Shown: piece after piece, positions 1 to 9,630 of the stretch
Position numbering within the stretch: position 1 is the first letter of the stretch
Layout of the letters: each line of letters starts with the position of its first letter
From: Candidatus Hadarchaeota archaeon
Lineage (GTDB): Archaea > Hadarchaeota > Hadarchaeia > Hadarchaeales > Hadarchaeaceae
Direction of reading: 5' to 3'
Assembly: GCA_040755315.1 (NCBI GenBank)
Contig: JBFMBF010000001.1
Location: 29,109-93,108, forward strand
Length of the DNA stretch: 64,000 nucleotides
Notes under the pieces: model-generated
Databases searched by the model: none
Seen by the model: only the letters and a program-made list of their open reading frames with translations
Told to the model about the DNA's origin: nothing
Position numbers and translations under genes: made by a program

Positions 1-1
1 G

Positions 2-208
2 AAGCGCAACCTTTTCGTCCTCACGCCGGACGAGCACCTCGCCAGACTGAGCGAGGGCGGCGTGGCTCCCCTCGTCCAGACATACGTGGACTTGTGGCAG
101 CTCGGGGCCCCCGCCAGCAGGTTTGTGGAGGAGCTTGAGAAAAGATTGGCGCGCGCACCGACCAAGGCTTTTGAAGAGGTGGCGAGAGCCTTCAAGCGCC
201 CGGCGTGA
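2..208 (+). CDS. 3' end of a gene truncated by the window edge; possibly an AbiEi-like/transcriptional regulator C-terminus
   Basis: Open frame from base 2 to TGA 206-208 (KRNLFVLTPDEHL...VAPLVQTYVDLWQLG...); family guess rests only on the VxPLxQxYxDL-like motif. Confidence 0.45.
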   Translation, partial: KRNLFVLTPDEHLARLSEGGVAPLVQTYVDLWQLGAPASRFVEELEKRLARAPTKAFEEVARAFKRPA

Positions 209-800
209 AGCCTATCCCGACGATGTACGTCTCGGCGCTTCCTTTCCTGGAAGCTGGTGGTTTGGAAACCTTGACGAATTCAAACTTTCTTTTTGTCTCC
301 GTCAAGAACTCGGCGAAGAGCCCACCTTGGAACACCTTCACCAAAAACTTGCCCCCTGGCGCAAGTAGCATTTCAGCCACCTTTAGGGCTTTCCGGGCCA
401 GCTCAACCGATCTGACGTGGTCGACATCCCAGACGCCGCTGATGCCGGGCGAGACATCGGAAAGGACAACATCTGCCTTGCGCGGGAGATTTTTTTTCAG
501 CAGTTCCAGCGTGGAGTCCAAGGTGATATCCGCCGAAATAAACAGGATATTTTTTTGGGGCAGTTTCTCAATTGGCTGGATGTCAACCCCAAGAACAAAC
601 CCACTTTCGCCCACCCTATCTCCGGCAACCTGGAGCCAGCCTCCCGGAGCCGCACCGAGATCGACCACAACGTCGCCGCGTTTGAAAAGGTGATAAGATT
701 TGTCAAGCTCCGCGAGCTTGTAAGCCGCCCTGCTCCTCAACCCCTCGCGCTTGGCGCGCCGGTAGTAAAACTCCCCCTTCCTTTCTTCCCTTCTACCCAT
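192..800 (-). CDS. rlmE: 23S rRNA 2'-O-methyltransferase RlmE/FtsJ
   Basis: RSRAAYKL, VVDLGAAPGGW, VLSDVSP, KVFQG and ETY motifs. Confidence 0.95.
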   Translation of the reverse strand: MGRREERKGEFYYRRAKREGLRSRAAYKLAELDKSYHLFKRGDVVVDLGAAPGGWLQVAGDRVGESGFVLGVDIQPIEKLPQKNILFISADITLDSTLELLKKNLPRKADVVLSDVSPGISGVWDVDHVRSVELARKALKVAEMLLAPGGKFLVKVFQGGLFAEFLTETKRKFEFVKVSKPPASRKGSAETYIVGIGFTPGA

Positions 801-1221
801 ACTCCACCCTCTTTTCTGCCTTCAGGCTCAGTCCCTTGAAAACTCCTATGGCGCCCCTGAGTAGCTCGTGCAAATCTCTGGAGTAAAACAGGTGGCTGTC
901 GCAGTTACAGTCACTGGACCCGAAGCCTCGGATTTGCGGAAAAGTTTTAGCCAACCCCTCGGCCACCGAGCACTCCACGCGTTTGTCAGTATTGGCCGTC
1001 ACGACATCCATGGCCTTGGCGTGGAGGAGGAAGTGGTCTATGTGCCAGTGCAGCTTCTTCTCCTTGGAGAAATGGCGCCCCACCCTTTTTTCGATGCTGC
1101 CCAAGGCAGAGCCAACGTATGCGTAGTAACCAGGTTTGAACGTCACATTTTCATCCGAGATTTTCAGCGAGAACTCGTATGGCACATGGCTGAAGAGGAC
1201 GTAGACGCCCTTCACCGCCAT
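793..1221 (-). CDS. GIY-YIG (DUF123/Uri-superfamily) nuclease
   Basis: GVY...YAYVGSA, RH, HWHIDH, FGSSDCxCxSHL. Confidence 0.85.
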   Translation of the reverse strand: MAVKGVYVLFSHVPYEFSLKISDENVTFKPGYYAYVGSALGSIEKRVGRHFSKEKKLHWHIDHFLLHAKAMDVVTANTDKRVECSVAEGLAKTFPQIRGFGSSDCNCDSHLFYSRDLHELLRGAIGVFKGLSLKAEKRVEYG

Positions 1222-1692
1222 TCAGCTCCTGATTGTTCTTTCTTCGGTCGCGCTTTCCCCGGGAAATTCCTCCACAAAAACAGTTATTTTTTTCACGTTG
1301 GGATACGCTGACAGCGCTCTTGCAACTTCGTCGATGAAGACTCTCGCCAGCTCCTCGACTGTTATGTTTAGCACAGGCACCCAGACGACGTCTTCAGTGG
1401 GAAACTCGTATTCACAGTTTCGCGCGGAGACTCTTATTTTTTTCCCACCCTCCAAACGCTTTAGGGATGGGTTGTCAGCCGGCATGAGAAGACGATGGTC
1501 GTAGCTCTGACATATCTTTTCCAAAAGCTGCCTGAGCTCTATAAAGTCCACCACCAGCCCCCGATTGTCCTCCTCCCCTTCCACAGTCACCCCCACCCGC
1601 CAGTTGTGGCCGTGGAGGTGCTCGCATTTCTTGTGCCCTATCACAAAGTGAGCCGCCGAGAACCCGAGGCCCTCTTTCAGTTCTATCTTCAT
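1222..1692 (-). CDS. queD: 6-carboxytetrahydropterin / 6-pyruvoyl-tetrahydropterin synthase
   Basis: FSAAH...CEHLHGHNW, VDF, DH motifs; ATG at 1692 preferred. Confidence 0.88.
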   Translation of the reverse strand: MKIELKEGLGFSAAHFVIGHKKCEHLHGHNWRVGVTVEGEEDNRGLVVDFIELRQLLEKICQSYDHRLLMPADNPSLKRLEGGKKIRVSARNCEYEFPTEDVVWVPVLNITVEELARVFIDEVARALSAYPNVKKITVFVEEFPGESATEERTIRS

Positions 1693-1852
1693 GAGACCAA
1701 ATAAAATGCGCGTCATGGCTAAAAATGGCATGCTCAGGGATGTAGTGCGGAAGAGACAAGGACTAAATGTCTAGCACCCGACGCTCAGTAAGGTTTTTAA
1801 AGCCCCGACTTTTTATATTGATAGCACAATTCAAATGATGTAAGGTGATCAA

Positions 1853-3508
1853 GTGGCAAGTTTAGGGGGACAACCGATACTGATACTGCCTGAGAACGCT
1901 CAGAGGTACGTTGGGAGAGATGCTCAGCGGATGAACATCATGGCAGCGAGGGTTATTGCTGAGGCTATCCGCACAACTCTTGGCCCACGCGGGATGGACA
2001 AAATGCTCGTCGACTCTCTCGGGGACATCACGATAACAAACGACGGCGTCACTATTTTAGAAGAAATGGACGTGGAGCACCCGGCCGCAAAGATGATGGT
2101 CGAGGTTTCCAAGACACTGGAGGACGAAGTGGGGGACGGCACCACCAGCTCAGTGATTCTTGCCGGAGAACTGCTCAAGAAGGCGGAGGAGCTGCTTGAT
2201 CAGGACATCCACCCAGCCCCGATAACCACCGGATACAGGCTTGCGGCCGAGCGGGCATTCAAAATACTCGGGAAGATGGCAAAACCCGTCACAAAAGACG
2301 ACGACAAGATTTTGAAGCAGATAGCCGTAACGGCCCTGAGCAGCAAAGGCTCCGAAGCGCTAGGTGGAAAGCTGGCCGAGCTCTGCATGAATGCCGTGAA
2401 ACAGATAGTTGAGGTGTCGGATGGTAAAGTGGAGGCAGACATAGACAACATAAAAGTGGAGAAGAAGAGCGGCGGAAGTTCTTCGGACTCCCAGCTGATA
2501 AATGGAGTTATCCTAGATAAGGAGGTCGTGCACTCGGGAATGCCTCGGCGAGTCGAGAAGGCCAAAATTGCTCTGCTCAACTTGGCTTTGGAGGTGAAAG
2601 AAACAGAGACGGACGCCAAGATCAACATCACAGACCCCGAACAGCTCAAGAAATTCCTGGAGGAGGAGCGGAAGATGCTCAAGGAGATGGTTGATCAAAT
2701 AAAGAACGCCAGGGCAAATGTGGTCATCTGCCAGAAAGGCATAGACGACATCGCTCAACACTACCTTGCGAAGGCCGGAGTCCTCGCGGTGAGGCGCGGC
2801 AAAGAGTCTGACATGGAGAAGCTGGCCAAGGCCACAGGCGGGAAGATAGTTACCAACCTTAAAGACCTCACCGCAAAAGACCTAGGCGACGCTGAGCTCG
2901 TGGAGGAGCGCAAGATCGCCGGGGAGGAGATGCTTTTCATTGAGGGATGCAAGAACCCCAAGGCTGTCAGCCTGCTGGTGAGGGGAGGGACAGAGCATGT
3001 TGTTGACGAGGTAGAGCGGGCGGTCCACGACGCAGTTTCTGTGATTTCAGCAGCGATTGAAGACGGCAAGGTTGTCGGAGGTGGAGGGGCCCCAGAGATA
3101 GAAGTGGCGAAGGGGCTGAGAGAATATGCTGACACGGTTGGGGGAAGAGAAGCATTGGCGGTGAATGCGTTTGCTGATGCGATAGAGGCCATCCCCAGAA
3201 CACTTGCAGAAAATGCTGGGCTTGACCCGATAGATATCCTCGTCCGCCTAAGGTCCGAGCACGAGAAGAAGGGCAACGAGCATATCGGGCTTGATGTCAT
3301 AAGCGGCAAGATTCTAAACACCTTGGAGAAAGGAATAGTGGAGCCGCTGAGGGTCAAGACCCAAGCCATAAAGTCTGCGAGCGAAGTCTCCGAGATGATA
3401 CTCAGGATAGATGATGTTGTAGCGGCGACCAAGCTTGAAAAAGGAGAGAAAGAGGGACCCCCCATGCCACCTGGAGGTATGGGTGGAATGGGCGGAATGG
3501 GATTCTGA
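1853..3508 (+). CDS. ths: Thermosome (group II chaperonin) subunit
   Basis: [24 protein letters not shown]-terminal GGM repeats; GGTGA SD then GTG. Confidence 0.98.
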   Translation: MASLGGQPILILPENAQRYVGRDAQRMNIMAARVIAEAIRTTLGPRGMDKMLVDSLGDITITNDGVTILEEMDVEHPAAKMMVEVSKTLEDEVGDGTTSSVILAGELLKKAEELLDQDIHPAPITTGYRLAAERAFKILGKMAKPVTKDDDKILKQIAVTALSSKGSEALGGKLAELCMNAVKQIVEVSDGKVEADIDNIKVEKKSGGSSSDSQLINGVILDKEVVHSGMPRRVEKAKIALLNLALEVKETETDAKINITDPEQLKKFLEEERKMLKEMVDQIKNARANVVICQKGIDDIAQHYLAKAGVLAVRRGKESDMEKLAKATGGKIVTNLKDLTAKDLGDAELVEERKIAGEEMLFIEGCKNPKAVSLLVRGGTEHVVDEVERAVHDAVSVISAAIEDGKVVGGGGAPEIEVAKGLREYADTVGGREALAVNAFADAIEAIPRTLAENAGLDPIDILVRLRSEHEKKGNEHIGLDVISGKILNTLEKGIVEPLRVKTQAIKSASEVSEMILRIDDVVAATKLEKGEKEGPPMPPGGMGGMGGMGF

Positions 3509-3523
3509 GCGGGGGGATCATCC

Positions 3524-3730
3524 ATTTCTAACAAGTACACACGCTATGAAAAAGCGAGAATAGTCGGTGCTAGGGCCCTTCAAGTGGCTATGGGCGCGCC
3601 CGTTCTGGTCGAGCTTGAAAATGGGATGACCGACCCGATAAACATCGCCCTTTATGAGCTGGATAAAGAAGCCATCCCAATAACCGTAGTTAGGAAGCTA
3701 CCCAGCCAGAAAGGTGTCAGGTTTTTCTAA
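3524..3730 (+). CDS. rpoK: DNA-directed RNA polymerase subunit K (Rpo6); absent from the ORF track, probable ATT start
   Basis: Translates as (I)[27 protein letters not shown]...[10 protein letters not shown]...IPITVVRK; no ATG/GTG/TTG before the conserved block. Confidence 0.93.
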   Translation: MSNKYTRYEKARIVGARALQVAMGAPVLVELENGMTDPINIALYELDKEAIPITVVRKLPSQKGVRFF

Positions 3731-3778
3731 GTTTGCCTCGGATTAAAAAGCCGAAAAGAACATTTCTATTTGGTTTCA

Positions 3779-4801
3779 ATGGGCGTGCAGCTAGGCGACA
3801 TAGTGGCCAAGCATGTTTTCAGGCTTGAGCAGATGAGGGGGAAGGTCATCGCGGTGGATGCGATGAACTCCCTCTATCAGTTTTTGTCCATTATTAGGCA
3901 ACGGGACGGGGAGCTGCTTCGTGATTCCAAAGGACGGATAACCTCCCACCTTTCAGGGCTCTTCTACCGCACGGCAAACTTTGTGGAGGCCGGACTCATG
4001 CCAGTCTATGTTTTTGACGGGCAACCTCCTTTCCTGAAGCGCAAGACGGTCGAGGAGCGCAAGGCCGCGAGGGCTGAGGCCTCGGTAGAGTGGAGAAAAG
4101 CCGTGGAGGAGGGGAGGGTGGAGGACGCGAGGAAGTTCGCGCAGAGAGCTGGCAGGGTTGACCAAGAAATGGTGCAGCGATCCAAGACACTACTGGACCA
4201 CATGGGCATCCCTTGGGTCCAGGCCCCCGGCGAGGGCGAGGCCCAAGCAGCGTTGATCGTCCAGCAGGGTGACGCCTGGGCCGCCGCAAGCCAGGACTTC
4301 GACAGCCTCCTGTTTGGCGCTCCGAGGCTCATCAGAAACCTCGCGATAACAGGGAGAAGGAAGCTGCCAGCAAAGGATTACTACGTGGAGGTGTTCCCAG
4401 AGGTGATAGAGCTCGAAGAGGTCTTGCGCGAGCTTGAGCTGATACGGGAGCAACTTGTCGACATCGGGATCCTGATTGGCACAGACTACAACGAAGGCGT
4501 GAAGGGGATCGGTCCAAAGAAGGCGCTGGAGCTGGTGAGGAAGCATGGGTCAGTTTCCAAAATGGGTGATTTGCTTGAGAAGTTCGAGGTGGATCCGGCG
4601 GAAGTCAGGAATATTTTTCTGGAACCCAACGTCACCAAACAGTACAAGATCAGCTGGGGAGAGCCCAACACGGAAGGGATAAGGAGCTTCCTTTGCGGCG
4701 AGCACGACTTCTCGGATGAAAGGGTCCAGAGCGGGATAGACAAGCTGACAAGGGGAAAGGCTGAGCGGGGGCAGGCATCAATCGAGAAGTGGTTTGGCTA
4801 G
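3779..4801 (+). CDS. fen: Flap endonuclease 1
   Basis: MGV start, DAMNSLYQFL, VFDG, EGEAQAA, SQDFDSLLFG, GTDYNEG, C-terminal PIP box QASIEKWF. Confidence 0.98.
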   Translation: MGVQLGDIVAKHVFRLEQMRGKVIAVDAMNSLYQFLSIIRQRDGELLRDSKGRITSHLSGLFYRTANFVEAGLMPVYVFDGQPPFLKRKTVEERKAARAEASVEWRKAVEEGRVEDARKFAQRAGRVDQEMVQRSKTLLDHMGIPWVQAPGEGEAQAALIVQQGDAWAAASQDFDSLLFGAPRLIRNLAITGRRKLPAKDYYVEVFPEVIELEEVLRELELIREQLVDIGILIGTDYNEGVKGIGPKKALELVRKHGSVSKMGDLLEKFEVDPAEVRNIFLEPNVTKQYKISWGEPNTEGIRSFLCGEHDFSDERVQSGIDKLTRGKAERGQASIEKWFG

Positions 4802-5454
4802 TCTTCTTCCCAGCCGTGTTTCCCGACCAGAGGGACGAAGCTGCATCCGCCGTGCTCGGTTATCTTGACTTCATTATCGCCGCGCTTTTCAGCCACTGTC
4901 CATGTTTGGAACATGTAGTCTCGTCCAACTGGGGCGCCAATTTTTCCGTCGACTTTCAGCTGGTCCAGCAGCGGTTTCGGAATCTCCGGAGCGCAGGCAG
5001 TGATGAGTATTCTGTCCCAAGGCGCTTTTTCTAAGTACCCCAACGTCCCATCTCTTACCACGACCTCCACCCAGCCATAGCCGGTTTTCTTCAGGTTGGC
5101 TTTTGCGGACTTTGCCAGCTCCGGAATCCTTTCGATGCTTGCCACAACTCCCTCCCGCCCCACGACTTCGGCAATAAGCGCGGCGTTGTAACCCGAGCCA
5201 GTCCCTATCTCTAGGACTCTCATGTTTTTGGAGAGATCAATGTTCTCCATCATTATTGAAATCATGCTTGGTGCGGATATCGTCTGGTTCTGCCCTATGT
5301 AAAGGGGCTGGTCAGAGTAAGCATATTCCCGGGCGCTTTCAGGAATAAACTCTTCCCTCGGGACCTTTTTGAAGGCAGCGATAATTTCAGGCTTTTTCAA
5401 GTACCCCCACTCGACAAGACGATTTACAAGCTCCTCCCGCTCTTCCTTGAACAT
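4798..5454 (-). CDS. pcm: Protein-L-isoaspartate O-methyltransferase
   Basis: VPREEF, GQTISAP-like, VLEIGTGSGYNAA, FVPL motifs. Confidence 0.95.
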   Translation of the reverse strand: MFKEEREELVNRLVEWGYLKKPEIIAAFKKVPREEFIPESAREYAYSDQPLYIGQNQTISAPSMISIMMENIDLSKNMRVLEIGTGSGYNAALIAEVVGREGVVASIERIPELAKSAKANLKKTGYGWVEVVVRDGTLGYLEKAPWDRILITACAPEIPKPLLDQLKVDGKIGAPVGRDYMFQTWTVAEKRGDNEVKITEHGGCSFVPLVGKHGWEED

Positions 5455-5507
5455 GCTACCAAAGCAATATCACGCCGCAATCATAAGAAGATTTCAATAT
5501 TAGTTGT

Positions 5508-5684
5508 TCAGCGTTTTTTAGCATGCCTGAGTTCGGGCGGCAGAAGGTGCGGAATCCCATTTTTGATTGGGTAGCTCTGGCCGCAATTGACACACTTCAG
5601 GCTGCTCTTCCCGAGCTTCAGCTCGCCCTTGCAGGAAGGGCAGGCGAGCACCTCGAGCAGTTCTTTACTGATAGCGTCCGTCAT
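5508..5684 (-). CDS. trm112: Trm112 family methyltransferase activator (58 aa, not in ORF track)
   Basis: MTDAISKELLEVLACPSCKGEL...LKCVNCGQSYPIKNGIPHLL. Confidence 0.9.
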   Translation of the reverse strand: MTDAISKELLEVLACPSCKGELKLGKSSLKCVNCGQSYPIKNGIPHLLPPELRHAKKR

Positions 5685-5688
5685 GGTT

Positions 5689-6135
5689 TCACCTTAGGAG
5701 CAGAAGACCAGAGGCGATGAAAAACAGGGTGGCTTCGGTCGCCAGTATCTTCTTGTTTGTGGTGTAGGTCCAGAAGTCATACGTGAGAATGTTCAGCCCG
5801 CAAAATTTCTTGCTGAAGGGGTAGAGAAGCATCCTCCCCTTTTCATCGATAGCGTCAATGAATATGTGGGTGAACCCCCCCAGAGTGAAGGAGAGGGAGG
5901 CGATGATACCAAACGCCAGGTATAGAGGCACGGATAAAACGGCGAAGAAAAACAGCGTGTGCAGAACTGTGGCGGCGTGGGTTTCGGCCGTGGGCTCTTT
6001 AGGCGGGCGCCCCCTGATAAGAGTTGGGAGGGCATCCAAGCTTGAGATGTTGGCGCCCACAAGCATGGAAAGCAAGTGGAGTTGCGGGATGGCGCCGTAG
6101 ATTATCAGCGGCACCGTCAAGTGTGCGAGTATCAT
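5689..6135 (-). CDS. Membrane protein, putative metal-dependent hydrolase (YdjM-like)
   Basis: N-terminal His, hydrophobic helices, H...H and HIFID motif followed by G..LLYPFS; ATG at 6135. Confidence 0.6.
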   Translation of the reverse strand: MILAHLTVPLIIYGAIPQLHLLSMLVGANISSLDALPTLIRGRPPKEPTAETHAATVLHTLFFFAVLSVPLYLAFGIIASLSFTLGGFTHIFIDAIDEKGRMLLYPFSKKFCGLNILTYDFWTYTTNKKILATEATLFFIASGLLLLR

Positions 6136-6326
6136 TTCTTCAGCTCCTGGCCCATCCTCGCGAGGGTTATTATCAGGTAGGGGATAAAGGGTCCAATCAG
6201 TACCAAAGTGGAGAGACCCAGCTCGCGGATAATCAAGAAGAAAAGGATTAACCCCATGCCTATCCAAGCCGCTATGTAATGGAGGTTTTTTCTACCCCAA
6301 TCCTTGAGATCAACACCTACTGCCAT
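6132..6326 (-). CDS. Small hypothetical membrane protein
   Basis: 64 aa with two hydrophobic segments; ATGA overlap with the next gene; GGTG-type SD upstream. Confidence 0.5.
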   Translation of the reverse strand: MAVGVDLKDWGRKNLHYIAAWIGMGLILFFLIIRELGLSTLVLIGPFIPYLIITLARMGQELKK

Positions 6327-6393
6327 CAAGTGGTGATTGCGTGAAAAGCTTATAAACAGTATTCTTTTTGCCACCCCAAGATATTGAGATTTG

Positions 6394-7413
6394 ATGCCGG
6401 AAAAGGAGATTAGGGTGAACCTGAAACGGTTAATCGTTTCAGTTATAGTGGGCGCAGTTCTCATAGTGCTTGCCCTGCTCCTCATCTCAAAGGAGAACCT
6501 CACGGATATGATGAACGCGATTTTAAAAGCAAACTACGCCTTGGTTCTCTCTGCAGTCGGGATTTTTTTCTTCGGCCTCGCTCTATGGTCCTCCCGCTGG
6601 AAGATGATATTGGCATCCGCGGGCCATAAGACAAAGTTTTCCCGCCTATACCCCATACAACTGAGCGGGGTTTTCATAAACAACGTCACCCCGTTCACGT
6701 ACAGCGGCGGGGACCCCATCGCCCGATCTTATCTGTTAAAAAAGACCCACAGTGTCCCATACTCCGCAGGTTTCGCCACGATGATAGGGGAATTCGTCAT
6801 GGATTTCCCCATATTCTTCTCGTTCCTGATTCTCGGACTGGTTCTTGGTTTCGGGACACTCTCGGCGTCAACGTTGTTGGTCCTTTTGGTCGTATGGGCG
6901 TGCGTGCTTTTCTTCTTCATGTCCATGGTACCCCGCGCCTTTTGCAGATTGAACCATCCGAAGATAGCACACTTGATTTACAGGGCCCTTAAAGCCATTA
7001 AAAGGCCGAGGCGCGAGGCCGAAATATGCCGCACATTGAACCGTTTCGTCAATCCACTGCGCATGATAGTTGATAACAGGTTCGCTCTTCCGGTAGCTTT
7101 CATCTCAATCATGATATGGATGACAATAATGATGAGATATCTGCTGATATTTGAGGCGCTTGGCATCCACCCATCCATACCTATGCTGCTCATGACCCTG
7201 ACGCTTCCGGCCATTGTCGGGCTAGTCCCAGTTCTACCCGCAGGGCTGGGGACGGTTGACTTCACCTACTATTCAATCTTCACGCTTTTCAACGTCCCGC
7301 AAAGCTTGGCGCTGAGCGCAATACTGGTGGAGCGGATGATAACTTTTGTCTTGGGAATAATAGTCGGCGCAATTGCTTTGTCATACTTGGGAGTGAAGAT
7401 CTGGAAGAAGTGA
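6394..7413 (+). CDS. UPF0104 / lysylphosphatidylglycerol synthase TM-domain (flippase-like) membrane protein
   Basis: RW..L, F.NNVTP...GGDP..R, P.LPAGLG, A.LVER motifs; multiple TM helices. Confidence 0.85.
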   Translation: MPEKEIRVNLKRLIVSVIVGAVLIVLALLLISKENLTDMMNAILKANYALVLSAVGIFFFGLALWSSRWKMILASAGHKTKFSRLYPIQLSGVFINNVTPFTYSGGDPIARSYLLKKTHSVPYSAGFATMIGEFVMDFPIFFSFLILGLVLGFGTLSASTLLVLLVVWACVLFFFMSMVPRAFCRLNHPKIAHLIYRALKAIKRPRREAEICRTLNRFVNPLRMIVDNRFALPVAFISIMIWMTIMMRYLLIFEALGIHPSIPMLLMTLTLPAIVGLVPVLPAGLGTVDFTYYSIFTLFNVPQSLALSAILVERMITFVLGIIVGAIALSYLGVKIWKK

Positions 7414-7417
7414 CCCG

Positions 7418-8125
7418 TTATTTCTTGATTTCTCTCAAGTACCCCTTCTTTTTAACCTGTCCCGTCTTGAACAGGCCGAGGTAACCCTGCAGGTACATCT
7501 TCACGGTTGATGCGTGTCCCTTCTGTTTGGTCCTTCTTATTGAGGTAACGGCGAGCATCTTTGGTTCAAATTTTTCTTTCCCGTACTTGTTCATTCTAAT
7601 GGAAAGATCGACGTCGTCCAGCATGTCCAAGTCTTCCCTGAAACCGCCGGCTTTGATGTAAGTTTCTCGGAGATAGGCGCAGCTTGCTCCAGAGAAGTGA
7701 TGTGAGCCAAAGAATGAGAACAGCCTTCGAATCAAGTCTGCGCCTAAAAAGAAGATTATTTTGTCCAAAAAGCTTCCACTTTCCGGGAGCAGCGGGCCGC
7801 CGACGCCGACTACTCCCTTTTTGAAAGCCTTGTCCACGACTTCTAGGTAGTTTGGCGGGACTGTGGTGTCCCCGTCGACAAAAACAACGATTTCTGAATT
7901 GACCTTCCGGACGGCGAGGTTCCTAGCCGCCGTTGCCCCCTTCCCCTCGTCGAAGATTATCTTGTTCGTGTACATTTTGGCCACCTCAACAGTGTTGTCC
8001 TTGCTGTGGCCGTCCACCACCACGAGCTCGTAATCCTTGAAAGTCTGATTTTTGATGCTCTCCAGACACCGACTTATGGTTTTTCCCTCGTTGAAGGTCG
8101 GGACTATCACCGAGATTCTCATCAT
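7418..8125 (-). CDS. Glycosyltransferase family 2
   Basis: SVIVPTFNE, VVDGHSKD, FVDGD. Confidence 0.92.
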   Translation of the reverse strand: MMRISVIVPTFNEGKTISRCLESIKNQTFKDYELVVVDGHSKDNTVEVAKMYTNKIIFDEGKGATAARNLAVRKVNSEIVVFVDGDTTVPPNYLEVVDKAFKKGVVGVGGPLLPESGSFLDKIIFFLGADLIRRLFSFFGSHHFSGASCAYLRETYIKAGGFREDLDMLDDVDLSIRMNKYGKEKFEPKMLAVTSIRRTKQKGHASTVKMYLQGYLGLFKTGQVKKKGYLREIKK

Positions 8126-8159
8126 AAAGCCATTAATCTACCATCGTATAGATTTTGTG

Positions 8160-8861
8160 ATGATAAGTGTAATAATCCCAACACTGAATGAGGGCGCATA
8201 TCTAGAAAGGATACTGATCGCAATCAAGGACCAAACCCACCAAAATTTTGAGATAATAGTTTCCGACAGCCACTCGGACGACAACACCCAGGAGATTGCT
8301 AAGAAATACGGCGCAAAATTGGTGCAGTCCGAGAGGTTAGGGCCCGCCGTTGGGAGAAATCGTGGTGCTGAGATTGCAAAGGGGGAAATTCTAGTGTTTT
8401 TGGATGCGGACACGATTCCCTCAAAAAAGGTGCTAGAGACAATGGACAAAATACCGAACGAGAGAAAAGACGTCGTTGGAGGAACATGCGCCTTGTACCC
8501 ATCTAGAGGGAGCTTGTTGGATTGGCTGATTTTAGCTTTAGCCAATGCAGCCCTCAGGTTGATAATGCTTGGTGGCACCCCACAAGATACAGGATGCTGC
8601 AGTTTTTACAGGCGGGAAGTTTTCGAAAAAGTGGGAGGGGTAAGAGAGGATCTTAAGCTCAACGAAGCCCATGATTTGGCGATAAGGACAAAACCGTATG
8701 GAAAATTTATTTACATCAAGGTCCCGGCTTTCACCTCCATGCGCAGGTACAAGAAAGAGGGATACTTAAAAACAATCATGATCTACATCGATGCGGCCCT
8801 GTCCTACTTCCAAAGCAAACAGGTGCCCAAATCAAAGTTTGTGTTCGAGCCCGTAAGGTGA
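8160..8861 (+). CDS. Glycosyltransferase family 2
   Basis: MISVIIPTLNE, SDSHSDD, GRNRGA, FLDAD; ATG at 8160. Confidence 0.92.
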   Translation: MISVIIPTLNEGAYLERILIAIKDQTHQNFEIIVSDSHSDDNTQEIAKKYGAKLVQSERLGPAVGRNRGAEIAKGEILVFLDADTIPSKKVLETMDKIPNERKDVVGGTCALYPSRGSLLDWLILALANAALRLIMLGGTPQDTGCCSFYRREVFEKVGGVREDLKLNEAHDLAIRTKPYGKFIYIKVPAFTSMRRYKKEGYLKTIMIYIDAALSYFQSKQVPKSKFVFEPVR

Positions 8862-8924
8862 AAACTCAATGACGGAAGATATTTCGCCAAATATTCTTAA
8901 CCAACATGAAGTACAGGTGGGTCT

Positions 8925-9626
8925 ATGATCAGCGTAATCACCCCTACCCTGAACGAAGGCAAATATCTGGAAAAGTTAATGAAAGCGCTGAAGGCGCAGG
9001 ACAACCAAGATTTTGAAGTAATTGTTTCCGACAGCCACTCGGACGACAACACCGCCGATATCGCGAAGAAGTACGGCGCGCGGGTCGTCCTTTCGGAAAG
9101 GTTGGGTCCAGGCGTCGGCAGAAACGTGGGTGCAAAAGCCGCCAAGGGAGAAATACTTCTTTTCATAGATGCCGACACAACACCTTCTCCACATCTCATC
9201 TCAAAGGTGAAAGCGATGTTGGAAAAGAGAAAAAGCGTGATTGGGGGTACTTGCCAGTTTTACCCATCGCAGGGGAACGTCCTAGACTGGTTCGTCTACG
9301 CTATTACAAACGCTGCGGCGCGGGCGATGATAGCCACCGGGACGCCGCAGGACCCGGGGTACTGCTTCTTTTACAGGCGGGAGGTTTTTGAGAAACTTGG
9401 AGGTCTCAGGACCGACCTGTCTTTCAATGAGACTCACGACCTGGCCATGCGGTCAAAGCAGTACGGAAAGTTCGCATTCCTCAAAGCGCCCGTTTTCACT
9501 TCGTTGAGGCGGTACAGAAAGCTAGGGTATCTAAAAACCATCAAGACTTACTTGGGTTCAACAATTTATTATTTAAGAACCGGCCAGACGCCTGCGGAAA
9601 AGTTCGAGTTCAAGCCGGTCAGGTGA
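8925..9626 (+). CDS. Glycosyltransferase family 2 (tandem paralog of the preceding gene)
   Basis: Same length and motifs as 8160..8861. Confidence 0.92.
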   Translation: MISVITPTLNEGKYLEKLMKALKAQDNQDFEVIVSDSHSDDNTADIAKKYGARVVLSERLGPGVGRNVGAKAAKGEILLFIDADTTPSPHLISKVKAMLEKRKSVIGGTCQFYPSQGNVLDWFVYAITNAAARAMIATGTPQDPGYCFFYRREVFEKLGGLRTDLSFNETHDLAMRSKQYGKFAFLKAPVFTSLRRYRKLGYLKTIKTYLGSTIYYLRTGQTPAEKFEFKPVR

Positions 9627-9630
9627 AAAA

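Noticed and set aside
3473..3505. GGNATG-type tandem repeat
   Set aside because: Ordinary GGM tail of chaperonins.
2761..3540. Long antisense ORFs (also 39815-40690, 45907-46902, 57214-58128)
   Set aside because: Antisense shadows of well-supported genes caused by codon bias.
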